DNA of 64,000 nucleotides from a virus. Position 1 is the first letter of the stretch. Every line of letters begins with the position of its first letter. A program made the position numbers and the translations under genes. The notes under the pieces were generated by a model, which made no database searches, was not told where the DNA came from, and worked only from the letters and a program-made list of their open reading frames with translations. Positions 39,701-50,201 of the stretch are shown piece after piece. The DNA is taken from positions 32,001-96,000 of the IMG/VR virus record IMGVR_UViG_3300028377_000004; one strand, 5' to 3'.

Positions 39701-42700
39701 GCACCAATGGAGTCTGAGACTTCCTGCGAAAATTCCTCCAAGGGAAGTGCTCTGAAATAAAAGGAGTCGGGGCTTCGGAAACTATAAGATGCAACCAGTC
39801 GAGAACCCTCAATACCATTGTCTGTGGTAGCACTAACAAATCGAGTATAAGAAGCTTTGACCCTTGGGAAGATCACCTGAGAGGGTAAAGATCCTATTGG
39901 TTTTAATTCTCTTCTGCCTAGATATCCTAGATGCCATACTTCTCCCGATTTAGGAAGTGAAGTTGCAACAGGATCCAAAATAATCGATCCGTTATTGATC
40001 AGGCGATAATCAATACCATCTTCTAGGAAATGTCCTTTATCATCCTCATCAAATCGAACCAAATAATGGGGTTCTGTTATAAAAGGAAGAATATCAGTTT
40101 GCAGTATGGAAGGGTTAGGAGGATAGACAGGGAATTCTGATACTTGCACATCAGGACCCGTGTATTCCCTCAAGAGGTCACTTCGAACTCCTACCTTGGT
40201 CATACCCTTGCCCTCATCAAAAGAGGATGAGTCTATGTGGTAGGGAGCGCCATCGAGGGTTAGGATATATGAAGTAGGGAATAGATCCGCAACATCTCCA
40301 AAAAATCCAATTTCCTGATCTCCAGAACTGTTGGAGTCCGCTACTACCTGGATCAGATCAAATTCAGTTACAGGATCCGAAGTCCCCTGGATTGCGGGAG
40401 ATACTAGAGACTCGGGAACCGAAGGGATAAAACCTACAGAAGTAATATCAGAATTTGGATCATAAGTGGGTGTGCCATCTATTCTGAATGCCTGATCATC
40501 AACGAAAATCACAGTATCTTCCTGAAGTACCGATCTATGATCCCCATAAAACGTCTGGTTCAGCCCTTGATCCACAACGATGTCAGGAAAGAAAGGCTTT
40601 TGTAAAAGACGAACTAATTTCTCCCCACCACCAGCCTCAGTCACATGATAGTTGACCTGTACTAAACGGTTTCCCGAAATGGGAGAAAAAGATAGAGTCT
40701 TCCCATTTCGAGTAGAAGGTGTTGGAGATCCATTTACGAAAAGAGTAACATCCCTTTGATCGTCTAGTTCTATAGGTCCTGCAGCAAAAGTTGCACTACT
40801 CTGGCCCGACGATACTGAAAGGGTTTCTTTTCTCTGAAAACCCACATCCTCTATAATTTCGGTGTCCCCGTCTGTATAATACCTAACTCGTAAACGAGTT
40901 CCTTCTTTTATTTGAGAATCGAAAAAGATAGATCCATTTGCTTTCTGGACGGTGTATTGAGTTTCTTCTAAAAGAACTACCACCTTCACGTTATCTAGAG
41001 AGGAAGGGATGCCTACGGTACGATTTTTAGAAAGGACTTCGATTAAAGAATCAGGATGTCCGTCATCTGAAAGAGAAGGTTCTAAAATCACTTGGGCATC
41101 TGGAAAAGCTTCAATGTCATCTACATTAAAAGTGAGTTCGCCGTTGCTGGGGTCTATATAGAACTCACCCTCATCAGGTACAGGATTGGCAGTCTCTGTC
41201 ATCTCAAATGTATTTCTCAGAAGCGTATAATTAGCTTCGGATTCTCGATAATAAACAGGAATTTCCAGAGTATCTTCAATGAGTCCCAACTTTTGAGACT
41301 CCAATACTATATGGTCTACTTCATTTCCTTCTGACAAGAATGAGAAACTTTCACCATCGGGAATATATTCACCGTCTGAAAGAGGATAGATAAACTCGGG
41401 ATAGATCCATCTCCGATTTAGATTCAAATCTCGAAGGGCATAATTGAATACTACCTCAGAGGTATCTATCACTCGAAAAGGGATCGAATCCTCACTATCT
41501 TCTGCTATAGGGATATGAGTAGTAAGAGTGTTAATAGTTGCCTGTTCTATTCGATATACAGATGATCCTATAATCAATAGAGGCTGCTTCAACGGATCTG
41601 ACGGGATAGGGTCGAAATCAAATTCGGTATTGTCCGCAGAAAATTGAGTAGCACCTGTAGTAAAAGAACCTATTCCTTCATATAGAAGCCGTCCCCGGTC
41701 TTCCGAAAAGAATAGCTGGCCTCCATCAAAATCAATGAGGACATCCTGACCCGGTTCAATTATCTGAGGACCAGCCCCTTCATCCAATGTAAATTCAAAA
41801 TCCGAAGCCAAAATAACTTCATTATTCAGCTTCAGGGAAGCGCTCGGGGATCTAATATCATGAACTTCATTAGTAACGGGGCTTGCCCATCTTATCTGTC
41901 TACTATCAAAATCATAGACCACATCTTTATTGGGTTCCAGAACTCTTCTTATAGCTCCATCTTCCAGACGGAAAAAGGTATTATCGTCGTAACCAGGGAT
42001 GTCCTGTAACGGGATTTGAGTAAGCGCCGAAAAAGTTCCCGCATTTACAGAGTCCGAAATGACTTCATTTTCTAGGGCCACTAGATTTTGAGCGTCAGGG
42101 ATCTCTTTTGTATTAGAGGGGTCCAGTAGCGACGGAAACATACGAAACGTAATTCCATTTTCTAGGTAGTAATCTCCGGTCCCTACTGCCAGCGTATTTC
42201 CGTCATTGGCAGCTACAAACTGGGAAGACAGACGGACCAATAGGTTGGTTCCTGTAAGGATAGCCTCTGCCCTGCTTTCGGGAATGGCATAAGGTCTCGA
42301 AAATTCTTCTACGATCCTAACATCTTCGATAATTAGACCCGTCTCTTTGACATAGAGTATTAAACCGCCTACATCATAAATGGTCGTGTCAATCGAAACC
42401 TCTACGGGAGTTAAAAAAGTAGCAGGTTTAGAAAGCACTGCTAGATCTGTAGATTCATAAGGATCTATAAGATCCAGTGAGCTATAGACGCCGTCATAAT
42501 AGATCGGTTCGCCTTCATAGTCCGAATTAAGGAAGGTAAGTTCACCCGTATTTGTATCCCAACTGATATCAGAGGTATCCAAATAGGACCCATACTTGGA
42601 TCGAATAAGGGGTCTTTCTGTTGCAGACGGAATTGGATTTAAAAACAAGTCTTCGCCCGCTATTCCAATGACACCTGTCACGTCTTTTCTGTTGAAAAAA

Positions 42701-43290
42701 TTATTACGGAATTGATAGACGGGCATTCCAAAGGACCCTGCTACAATATCAGATGCAAAATAAATCTCACCAGTACTAATAAGTGCTATTGCTTCTCCTG
42801 GCGGAATAGCGGGAGGAGGCCAGTTTTGGTCATCGTCCTCCCACTCTACAGGGATGGGAGTTTCTGAGGGACTTCCAATAGTAATTCTAGGTTCTCCCAG
42901 ATCCGACTCCACTACTTTCAGATTTAACTGCCCACTTTCAGGTAGAAGTCCCAAATTATCAGGCTTAGAACCTGGTTTCGGTTTCCATCTATTTTCCGAA
43001 GGATCAAAACCGAAACGATCTATCTCATCATTTTTTGTATAGAACACGGACAGATGATCTTCGCCAGGCTTGGCAATAATATTGCCCGTATTCGCAGGGA
43101 TCACCAAGAACTCAACAGCTTTGGCATCTTCGTCATTGACAAAGGTTGCCAGATATTCATCCCGATCAGACGTACCACTACTATCTGAGTCCCTAGAGAG
43201 AACAAGGGTGTCAGGCTCCGAAGTGAAAGGAGAATTTGAAGAGGCTACTTTTGGCTTGCGTAGTACAAAGCCATCAAAACTAGTGGACAT
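36796..43290 (-). CDS. Very large (2164 aa) baseplate/tail structural protein
   Basis: Acidic, beta-rich ORF within the baseplate operon. Confidence 0.7.
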   Translation of the reverse strand: MSTSFDGFVLRKPKVASSNSPFTSEPDTLVLSRDSDSSGTSDRDEYLATFVNDEDAKAVEFLVIPANTGNIIAKPGEDHLSVFYTKNDEIDRFGFDPSENRWKPKPGSKPDNLGLLPESGQLNLKVVESDLGEPRITIGSPSETPIPVEWEDDDQNWPPPAIPPGEAIALISTGEIYFASDIVAGSFGMPVYQFRNNFFNRKDVTGVIGIAGEDLFLNPIPSATERPLIRSKYGSYLDTSDISWDTNTGELTFLNSDYEGEPIYYDGVYSSLDLIDPYESTDLAVLSKPATFLTPVEVSIDTTIYDVGGLILYVKETGLIIEDVRIVEEFSRPYAIPESRAEAILTGTNLLVRLSSQFVAANDGNTLAVGTGDYYLENGITFRMFPSLLDPSNTKEIPDAQNLVALENEVISDSVNAGTFSALTQIPLQDIPGYDDNTFFRLEDGAIRRVLEPNKDVVYDFDSRQIRWASPVTNEVHDIRSPSASLKLNNEVILASDFEFTLDEGAGPQIIEPGQDVLIDFDGGQLFFSEDRGRLLYEGIGSFTTGATQFSADNTEFDFDPIPSDPLKQPLLIIGSSVYRIEQATINTLTTHIPIAEDSEDSIPFRVIDTSEVVFNYALRDLNLNRRWIYPEFIYPLSDGEYIPDGESFSFLSEGNEVDHIVLESQKLGLIEDTLEIPVYYRESEANYTLLRNTFEMTETANPVPDEGEFYIDPSNGELTFNVDDIEAFPDAQVILEPSLSDDGHPDSLIEVLSKNRTVGIPSSLDNVKVVVLLEETQYTVQKANGSIFFDSQIKEGTRLRVRYYTDGDTEIIEDVGFQRKETLSVSSGQSSATFAAGPIELDDQRDVTLFVNGSPTPSTRNGKTLSFSPISGNRLVQVNYHVTEAGGGEKLVRLLQKPFFPDIVVDQGLNQTFYGDHRSVLQEDTVIFVDDQAFRIDGTPTYDPNSDITSVGFIPSVPESLVSPAIQGTSDPVTEFDLIQVVADSNSSGDQEIGFFGDVADLFPTSYILTLDGAPYHIDSSSFDEGKGMTKVGVRSDLLREYTGPDVQVSEFPVYPPNPSILQTDILPFITEPHYLVRFDEDDKGHFLEDGIDYRLINNGSIILDPVATSLPKSGEVWHLGYLGRRELKPIGSLPSQVIFPRVKASYTRFVSATTDNGIEGSRLVASYSFRSPDSFYFRALPLEEFSQEVSDSIGASASSLSSSNGPTLSFGLSQDNQDRGSETLIWEGGDLRDRDRVARRFVRYYNQIAQGIESYFQILDGRVVGDRDGQFSFFLGDDGESGGEDPVTGDLIPYYANPDGSGNKPTSTAIQNMNLQAQSGYIRNSIDDLVLTSKKPYEFQFDIPPSLEFEGTFKQAWEPHRLSRFYPQLSKIATVTPPSTGAPENEYTFLRDFQEILGDLKVENVLSVTELSARPARGWLKKDGATDDGGVYVEVGMSFPLGTSEATNDPNDPPNLEDGDPSRLIPGFKEGDIVSLGRVNFSKDPTSGAVTLEIDVYASNMEIAQSPTAGSDRIYLKIADDIEGFPVDGDDPADLLNNPPLKNDTLFVQSQGYFRQNFDYGMDSSEGELVNATLPSFIASVIGQEAPEPFTFLDATVVHKNQRTEPYRFPALDGEPSDDGGLTGLPYSYPITDSEIVSFQAEIKAWEDVINETDEGIVETAISLVDDHIFRLDPGVVIPSGHSQYNEVILEGVVPTFHLSQIDGNDIILAAFSVEDTNVGYEINLTGGGTMVGTGTIVDDLHSLKNVGTDFSGVTGTLTITSGDRGVDVGITYDIASGENGLINVLPSTLDPSLLSFPLNLAILKGERETGNAYVELPNRIFFDPQGLDIDVGDQLIVSGTSPNGGLYEIQNIEVDHVVVSPDTRENESNSVDLEVPWKTYRPRRFSNQLNDLRDELAQRRIIYQDDSEAPVDIEPYVNSVTSSNPSTPSLDVLRSLVTEMFGTPSVSETNGQIVGNTLTSAGSFSDLENEDNAYVMINNEDSRGFYRVASFTNDTIDLVDGSNFVQGSLEDETNLEFEVFEVSSFSERTYELILYEYYNVLDEIDRIDAGIRATIHDLNELISEDPSIVRPGDPADTLIQTIHLNPIDARKNWIVDEPSLRNELEAILKGTESLYDLRFAWIDFRINLEDGLLPAINRFKKTKTKKKNKLLKELIKLASMQ

Positions 43291-43526
43291 TACAGACGTA
43301 CCTTCCTAGAGGGGAGGGAGTTACAAGCTAATTGTTTGAGTACCTACCTAGAATAAAGATGGAATCTCAAAATTATTCAAACTGATGAGAGAGATAATCG
43401 TATTAAGATAGCGAATCTCTCCGTCTAAAAATTCCTTTTCAGGTCTTCTATAGAGAATCCTTTTATTTAGAACTTATGTAGAACTAAACAGGCTTACCCT
43501 TATCACTACTTCTTCGGAGATTCCAA

Positions 43527-43964
43527 ATGAAGCTGAAAGACACCCTCATTAAACTAGGACATAGCAATCCAGAGCTTAGAGATGATCTAAGACCTATCCT
43601 TCGCCACATAGACTCTTCTCACACTAGGTCTAAAAAAGCGGGGAGTAGAAGGATTGAAAACGTAACTGGAGGGGGATGGATCTTAGGGCCTACTCTTTTT
43701 GCTGCGGGAATGATCAATGATGAGCTTCATAATGCCCGACTGCTACCTTTCGAGGCCAGCACTCTAATTGACGGAGGCACTGCATCTCTACTAATTGCAG
43801 TGGAATCTGGAGATAATCATGATCCTACTGATCAAGAATTAGATCAAGTAGCACAGACAATAGCCAAAAGACTGTCAGGTGTGGGGCATCCGAACGTAAA
43901 AGGAGAAGGCTTTCATATTGGAGGACCGCCTTCTGCAAGAATTATTCTCAAACAGAAATTCTAA
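43527..43964 (+). CDS. Lone plus-strand hypothetical protein with LIKLG..NPELRDDL tag
   Basis: MKLKDTLIKLGHSNPELRDDLRPIL; ggag RBS. Confidence 0.75.
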   Translation: MKLKDTLIKLGHSNPELRDDLRPILRHIDSSHTRSKKAGSRRIENVTGGGWILGPTLFAAGMINDELHNARLLPFEASTLIDGGTASLLIAVESGDNHDPTDQELDQVAQTIAKRLSGVGHPNVKGEGFHIGGPPSARIILKQKF

Positions 43965-44548
43965 AATACTTTTCCAATCCCAACTCCGGTCGAGTTGTTA
44001 AAAGGTGGTGAAGGGGTTCCTGTATCTACCGTGTTGATAATAGCAAAAGATAGCCAGTTCGCAACTCCTTCTCCAATAGCATTGGCGAGGGAGTTTGCTT
44101 TTGGTCCTACTATTCCGGCTCCTCCAAAAGAAGCGGTTAGTATTTGAGTGAACGTTGCTCCTACTCCCCCTGACAGAGTTCCTACCCCCGCCCCCACCGA
44201 AGTTCCTATAATTCCTACCTGTACAATAGCAGTAGTATTGATTTCTTGAGCCAAAGCTGTTATAATACCCGAAGCCATCTGAGGGGCGGATGGACCTACA
44301 ATTCCATTGGCAGCTAAGGTACCGGTAAGTATTGCAATTCCCGAAGCGGGTTCTATAGCTACTTTCCCCGTACCTGTTCCTACCCCCAGGACGCCGACAT
44401 GATTAGTCGTTACAGGGATAGTAGCAAGAAAAGAAGGGAATGCAGTACCAATAGCTCCCGCTAATTGTGGTACTGAGGGTCCTTGTATGGCAACTCCAGT
44501 TAGAGAACCAATTAATGAGGGAGTTAATGTTGCAGGGGTCACAGGCAT
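43961..44548 (-). CDS. Gly/Ala-rich hypothetical protein, spike-associated
   Basis: Directly downstream of the spike gene. Confidence 0.6.
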   Translation of the reverse strand: MPVTPATLTPSLIGSLTGVAIQGPSVPQLAGAIGTAFPSFLATIPVTTNHVGVLGVGTGTGKVAIEPASGIAILTGTLAANGIVGPSAPQMASGIITALAQEINTTAIVQVGIIGTSVGAGVGTLSGGVGATFTQILTASFGGAGIVGPKANSLANAIGEGVANWLSFAIINTVDTGTPSPPFNNSTGVGIGKVF

Positions 44549-44555
44549 TATAAGA

Positions 44556-46709
44556 TCACATCGTTTTGACTATAGGATTTCCAGTCAAGGGAAGTCCTGT
44601 TATATGATCGACATGAGGACTTGGACCGGGGATACCTCCTACAACAGCGTTAGGTGCTGTACTTGTTCCCAAGGACACAGACCCCACCAGATTGATGGAG
44701 GGACCGCGAACATCCACACCGGATGTAGATATCTCGACGGAACCTGCTCCGGCTGTGAGGGTTACTGAACCGGTTGCAAGGGTTACTGAATAGGATCCTG
44801 TAGGGGCTTCAAAGGAATAATTACCTGAAAGAGAAGCAGATCTTTCTATAGTGAGTGAACCACCTGCTTGGATTTCATGGGTACCCGCAGCCAAGAACTC
44901 TAAACTTCTAGTAGCAGGGGCCGTAAAACTGGTTTTGCTATCTCCTTTTAGGATGTTCGTCTCTTCCCCTCCGGTTAGGATCGTAGTTTCAGTTCCCGAC
45001 CCAACCGTCATGGTCTTCTCCCCTTGAATATTCATATCATGGTCAGAAGCTACGGTAGTAGTAAAGTTCCCTTGTCCCACTTGTTGCGCAATCGAGTCTG
45101 CTCTAACTTCTTTCTTGCCAGTAATCTCTTCAATGGAATCCCCTGTCGTAAACATACCATGAGTTCCTTCTACTGCTACACCAAAATCCCCTGTCATTTT
45201 GAGGTCAAGGCCGGTTCCATTGGAGTCAGATCCTCGTATGTCAACTGAGACTCCTCCAGAGGTTAATAGATCCAGTGATCTCTTAGAAGCAGTAGCAGAC
45301 CCAAGGGACCATTTTAAACCACCTTTGGTAGCTAAGTCAAAAGAAACGTTATCTCCTTTTTCAGCTCCCATTACTAACTTAGTAGACCCTTTCAAGTCTG
45401 CTTCCAAAGACCGTCCGGCTCCTAAGTTACTTTTCTTGGAGGTAGAAGAAGGAATAGAAAGAAATACATGTCCTTCTTTATCGTGACTAAGGAAAAGCTC
45501 CCCAAGTCCGTCAGGTCGCTTCATTCGATACAGCCCTGCCCCTACCAAACTTTTTTCGGTTTCGCTTTCGGAGTTTTCAACAACTTCTAATCTAGGCTGA
45601 CCTTGCGTAGAGCTAGGAGTATCAAATAATACAGGTTTTAACAATTGTCCGTATTTAACTCTGCCCGATGCGGAATAAGGATCATTGCCTACAACGGTTC
45701 CTTGCACACTTTCAATGAACGGGCTATAATGCGGATCGGGAGCAACTGAGTCAGGATCAAATCCCATATTATCCGATCCAGGAATCATACCATCGCTAAA
45801 TTCCTGAATCTCTTTACGATTTTCAGTATACAATCGAGTCTGAATATCGTTGGGATCTGCCATATTTTCTGTTATGACAGTATGTTTTCTACCATCGGGT
45901 AGTGTAACCGAAGGAAAACCATTCATATCTGAAACGGGAGTTCCATCTGCAAAGAGAAAACCTGCATCCAATAGATCCTCAAAAAGAGGATGGTCCACAG
46001 GAAATACACCCTCAGGATCTAGGAAATCAGAAGGTAAGTTCAGAGCGTTGCGAACTATTCTACCAGACCTTGACCTTCCCGCAGCAGTGGTAGAATACAT
46101 ATCCATTGTGGTCAAAACTCCCGCCTGATCAAAATCCCTTAAAAGAAACTCTGAGCCTGCCCGATCCATTAAATGAACACCCGAGTCTAAAATCAATTCA
46201 GACCCCGCTTCTGACATGCCATAGACAGTTCCAGGATAGATCTTTCGGAATTTCCTACGACTAGGTCCGTAGATCCCTTTTAGTTCTTTAAAAGCCACCT
46301 CGGGAGGGAGGTCCATCTCTTCTGCATCTCGGGGAACCGCCCCAAAAGGATCAAATCTAAGAGCAGTCTTGATGCCATTAGGTAAAAATGCTAGAATAAA
46401 AGGTCGGGTCGCTCTGTCTTGGTGTACCGCACTATAGCCTACAATACAGATAGCACCTTCTTCTGGCATGGCACCAAGAAAAGATCTTTTGGACCAATAA
46501 GCAGCCGAAATAGGAACCTCTTCTGCGGGAGGAGTGTCCCCTTGAAGAAACGCGAGGTCACATACCATTCCCTCGTAGTCTACTCGAATGATCTCTGCCA
46601 TTCGTAAAGAGAAACGTAGGTCGTTATTTCGACCAAACATTTTACTTTGAGCTGGTTTTGATCCTATAGGAGCCGGAGGACCATATCTTTTTGGAATATT
46701 ATTAGACAT
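44556..46709 (-). CDS. Baseplate central spike (gp5/VgrG/gpV-like)
   Basis: N-terminal OB-like segment (AEIIRVDYEGMVCDL...VPIS...LGAMPEEGAICIVG), long beta-repeat C-terminus and terminal His motif HVDH. Confidence 0.65.
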   Translation of the reverse strand: MSNNIPKRYGPPAPIGSKPAQSKMFGRNNDLRFSLRMAEIIRVDYEGMVCDLAFLQGDTPPAEEVPISAAYWSKRSFLGAMPEEGAICIVGYSAVHQDRATRPFILAFLPNGIKTALRFDPFGAVPRDAEEMDLPPEVAFKELKGIYGPSRRKFRKIYPGTVYGMSEAGSELILDSGVHLMDRAGSEFLLRDFDQAGVLTTMDMYSTTAAGRSRSGRIVRNALNLPSDFLDPEGVFPVDHPLFEDLLDAGFLFADGTPVSDMNGFPSVTLPDGRKHTVITENMADPNDIQTRLYTENRKEIQEFSDGMIPGSDNMGFDPDSVAPDPHYSPFIESVQGTVVGNDPYSASGRVKYGQLLKPVLFDTPSSTQGQPRLEVVENSESETEKSLVGAGLYRMKRPDGLGELFLSHDKEGHVFLSIPSSTSKKSNLGAGRSLEADLKGSTKLVMGAEKGDNVSFDLATKGGLKWSLGSATASKRSLDLLTSGGVSVDIRGSDSNGTGLDLKMTGDFGVAVEGTHGMFTTGDSIEEITGKKEVRADSIAQQVGQGNFTTTVASDHDMNIQGEKTMTVGSGTETTILTGGEETNILKGDSKTSFTAPATRSLEFLAAGTHEIQAGGSLTIERSASLSGNYSFEAPTGSYSVTLATGSVTLTAGAGSVEISTSGVDVRGPSINLVGSVSLGTSTAPNAVVGGIPGPSPHVDHITGLPLTGNPIVKTM

Positions 46710-49700
46710 TAACTGTCCTCCTCAGCATCATCATCATCATCCTCAACATCAGCGTCTACATTTCCATTAACATCCGTACCTGAAGTGTCAGCAACGTCTC
46801 TAAAAGTGGACTTAGCTTGCCCCCATTGTTCCTGTACCTGTTGCCATTCCCCTCCAGGACCAAAAACCTCCGAAGGAGTTTGTCCAGAAGCTAATGCGTC
46901 CTGTACTTCGGGTCTTCCTAGAGAAGTGTCCACTAAGCGGTCTTGCTCTGTTTGAACTCCTGGCCGGACTGGAGAATTTCTATTAGGGATTTTAGTCTCC
47001 CCTCTTAGCTTTCTTTCCAACTCTTTTTCTAAGGCAAATCCTTCTGCATAAATAGCTTGCAAGAAAGAGGTAATATGGACCATAAGTCCGGGATCCCTGA
47101 CGGGTCTAATACCTGAAGGGAGAGAGTTAATTCCTTGATCCCTGTTGGCTGCCAACGCATTTCCAAACAGTGTGTTAGACGCTCTCCTAGCTTCAAGGTC
47201 ATCCCCGGTTTCCGGGGGAATACCATCGGTATTAACGTCTTCTACTGAGGGTAAAGGCTCTTCTACTACAGTTCCATTGGGATCCGACCAAACCGACATT
47301 GCCAAACGTACTCTGGCAACATAAACATCTGTGCCGTTTTTTGCACTAAGGATCCCTACCGCAGTAGTAGGGGACTCTTCCATTGCAGCATTAAATCGAT
47401 CCAAAGTAGTACCCCCACCTTTCCAGAGGATTGCCATCCTATCGGGATCATGATTGTGTCTGCTTCGGTATCTCTGGGTATATTCAATCATATGATTTAG
47501 CGAGTCGATAGCAACTTCTCTATCATTCGGACCATTTCCTAAAAAATCTGTATTCTCTCTACCTAAATCCCCCGAGTTGCCAACCCCCGATTGAACAAGT
47601 CCACAATACTGACTTAGGCGACCGTCGTCATTTGTTCTTCGAGCATCGGTTCTTCCATTTGATTCAGTATGAATAATTGCTAGTAAATAGGTATCAGGAT
47701 ATTCTTCCGCAGAAACACCGCTCTGGGATCTTACTTCATCAAAAACTTCTCTCCATTGACCTACTTGTGTATTTCGAGTGAAGGGTTTATCCGAAGGACC
47801 TACTTCAAAATCATAATCACCAGGGGTTGAGGAAGGTAAAGTCCTCTCTATTTCCTGAAAAGTACGCCCTTTAATTAGATTGCGCGCGTCCTGTGCAAAG
47901 TTAAAAGAGTCGGGTCCTGAAGGTCTGAGATCCAATAACCTTCTGCCATAGTTATTTGGATCTAATTTGGCAACCCGATCCTCGTCACTCATGGCAGCAT
48001 TGGAAGCGAATTGCTCGTCATTCATATCCTCATTAGTTTGATTAGTGGTGGTTCTTTCTGGACTCAGATTAGCTAATTCAGACGCCCTCCGGTTGGTCTG
48101 CCGACTAAAATCCATGCCATTCCTAGTAAGTCGCACTGTTCGACCATACTCATATCCACCAATAACTTCATACCCGCGTTCATCGGAGACGGGGAAAGTA
48201 GGAAGGATACGGTTTTCCCCTCCCACCTCTTTTCTCTCTACTTTTAAAGAAGTTAAGGGACCCGATGTTTTTCTACCCTGTTCATCATAACGGAGAGTTT
48301 CATCTCTAGTAGGATCTATGGTATACATGAAATCATTATTCCCAATAACCCTGAATTGTGACCTCATCGAAACTAGATCTGTAGCAACTGACTCTGCCCT
48401 TGTCTGTTCCCCTTCCACCGCAGAAAAAGTATCATTTTCAACGTTTTCCCTGTCGGTAGCTTCTTTCTCAACTGCGGTCAAAATAACGTTACGATCCGGA
48501 ACAGGATCGCCGCTCTGTGCTGAGACAGGTCTGCGGTATAGATTATTAGGATAATCCCCTGGATCCGCAGTGTCTCCTAGGGAAGGTTGAAATTCTTGAT
48601 TAGACCTAGAACCAAACTGATCGGGGTCCTGCACTTCTTGCTCCGAACCATTAATGCCATTCCAATAAGGGAAAGCTGCATAGAACTTAGCCCTTTTAGC
48701 CATAAGGTTTAGGGTAGTGGTACACTGTCCCCCATAAGAGAATTGATGCGCAATATTATCTACATAGTAGAAAGCATCTTGGTCCTCATAGTAGATCGGG
48801 TATCCTAATCGAAGCTCGGGCCTCAAAGGAATCGTAACAGAGCCGGTGTGAATTCTTGAATTTTGCTTGTCTAATTGGTCGACCAAGTGGTAGAATAAAT
48901 TCCGGGGGGCATCTCCTCCAAGACCTGAACCAAAGAATTCAGAGTTATAAGAACCTGGTTTCCAACCGTATTTTTGTACCAATCGGTAGTCGATATAAGT
49001 GGCCTTTGGTTTTGTTATCTCCTCGGCCCCAACATCTAAGTTCCTAATTAAACTACCTGTACCTTCCAAGAAAGTGACGTCAGGGATGTTCTCTGCAAAG
49101 TTCTCATTGATGATATCAACGGGTCGAATCCAGGACACCGGCTTATTAGACATAACATCCAAATTATAGAAAGGCGGCTTGAATATTATTTCACCTGTCA
49201 TATCCAGAAAAAATTCATAGCCAATAGATTCCTTAACAGTATCCGCAATTTCTTTTTTCGTTTGATGTTCCGAAGTGTGGAGGTCAATCGATCCCAATCT
49301 AGAAAGGACCTCGGAGAAAGCAGAGACATCTTCTAAGTTAACCTCATCATTGAACTGAAACTGAGGTTGACGATTTCTTCTTGCCAATCCAACTCTTCCG
49401 AAAAGAGCACTTTGCTTATTAGAGTCAGAAAGTACCGATGACAGTAAATCTCCTTGAAGAAGATCTCCCCTTGGACCGTACATACGAAGGGCAAAAGCAA
49501 TTCGTCCCCACTGCTTAGTCCAGTACCACATTAGTCTTTTATTATCTACAGGATTTGGCTCATTTGTATTCTGCTTGATTCCTAGATAGAATTCTTGAAG
49601 GACTGCGTCTCCATAAGCATGTCTTGCCAGTGAATAGATCGTATCAAAAGGATTCATATTAGTGAAAACACCACTACCTTTCAGGTTAAAAGCTCCCTGT

Positions 49701-50179
49701 GCAGGAGCATCAGCTCCCATGTAGGAAGCATTCGTGACAATTCGTTGAATAGTCCACCAATAAAGAACGTCCTGACAACTTAATTCTACGGTTCTTTCTC
49801 CTCCAGACCATGAATGACTAACAGAAGTAACTACTCCCCAAAAAACTGGATAGTAACGGGGAACCCCGCCCACCAAAAAATGGCCTTTCATGTAAATACG
49901 AACTTCCATCATGTTGGTCAGAATAAGCTGCCCACCCCGGAAAAAATCCTCTTCATGATGGGTTGGTATGTGCAAAGATAGCTGTGCGGTCCCAGGGCTT
50001 TGCTCTACGCCTCCATTAGCACTAATACTAGTAACCAAAGGTTGAATGTTAACTCTACGTCCAGGCGCAGCACCAGAGGGGAGAGATAGCTCTCCATTGA
50101 TATAGACCAGTGCGTCAGGCGCAGTCGTGATCACGGGTCTTTTATTGTCTGAGAACGTTCCTCTTAATCCGGTTGCCAT
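46709..50179 (-). CDS. Baseplate hub protein fused to a lytic transglycosylase (SLT/GH23-like) domain
   Basis: Hub-like N-terminus (PVFWGVVTSVSH, EFFLDMTGEIIFKPP, RPELRLGYP, YYVDNIAH.F); LLAIIHTESNG...CGLVQ lysozyme-fold motif. Confidence 0.75.
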   Translation of the reverse strand: MATGLRGTFSDNKRPVITTAPDALVYINGELSLPSGAAPGRRVNIQPLVTSISANGGVEQSPGTAQLSLHIPTHHEEDFFRGGQLILTNMMEVRIYMKGHFLVGGVPRYYPVFWGVVTSVSHSWSGGERTVELSCQDVLYWWTIQRIVTNASYMGADAPAQGAFNLKGSGVFTNMNPFDTIYSLARHAYGDAVLQEFYLGIKQNTNEPNPVDNKRLMWYWTKQWGRIAFALRMYGPRGDLLQGDLLSSVLSDSNKQSALFGRVGLARRNRQPQFQFNDEVNLEDVSAFSEVLSRLGSIDLHTSEHQTKKEIADTVKESIGYEFFLDMTGEIIFKPPFYNLDVMSNKPVSWIRPVDIINENFAENIPDVTFLEGTGSLIRNLDVGAEEITKPKATYIDYRLVQKYGWKPGSYNSEFFGSGLGGDAPRNLFYHLVDQLDKQNSRIHTGSVTIPLRPELRLGYPIYYEDQDAFYYVDNIAHQFSYGGQCTTTLNLMAKRAKFYAAFPYWNGINGSEQEVQDPDQFGSRSNQEFQPSLGDTADPGDYPNNLYRRPVSAQSGDPVPDRNVILTAVEKEATDRENVENDTFSAVEGEQTRAESVATDLVSMRSQFRVIGNNDFMYTIDPTRDETLRYDEQGRKTSGPLTSLKVERKEVGGENRILPTFPVSDERGYEVIGGYEYGRTVRLTRNGMDFSRQTNRRASELANLSPERTTTNQTNEDMNDEQFASNAAMSDEDRVAKLDPNNYGRRLLDLRPSGPDSFNFAQDARNLIKGRTFQEIERTLPSSTPGDYDFEVGPSDKPFTRNTQVGQWREVFDEVRSQSGVSAEEYPDTYLLAIIHTESNGRTDARRTNDDGRLSQYCGLVQSGVGNSGDLGRENTDFLGNGPNDREVAIDSLNHMIEYTQRYRSRHNHDPDRMAILWKGGGTTLDRFNAAMEESPTTAVGILSAKNGTDVYVARVRLAMSVWSDPNGTVVEEPLPSVEDVNTDGIPPETGDDLEARRASNTLFGNALAANRDQGINSLPSGIRPVRDPGLMVHITSFLQAIYAEGFALEKELERKLRGETKIPNRNSPVRPGVQTEQDRLVDTSLGRPEVQDALASGQTPSEVFGPGGEWQQVQEQWGQAKSTFRDVADTSGTDVNGNVDADVEDDDDDAEEDS

Positions 50180-50201
50180 AATAATTCAAGCTCTTTTGGT
50201 G

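Noticed and set aside
44757-44791. agggttactgaa direct repeat (2 copies)
   Set aside because: Reflects a repeated SVTL beta-strand in the spike protein; not a separate element.
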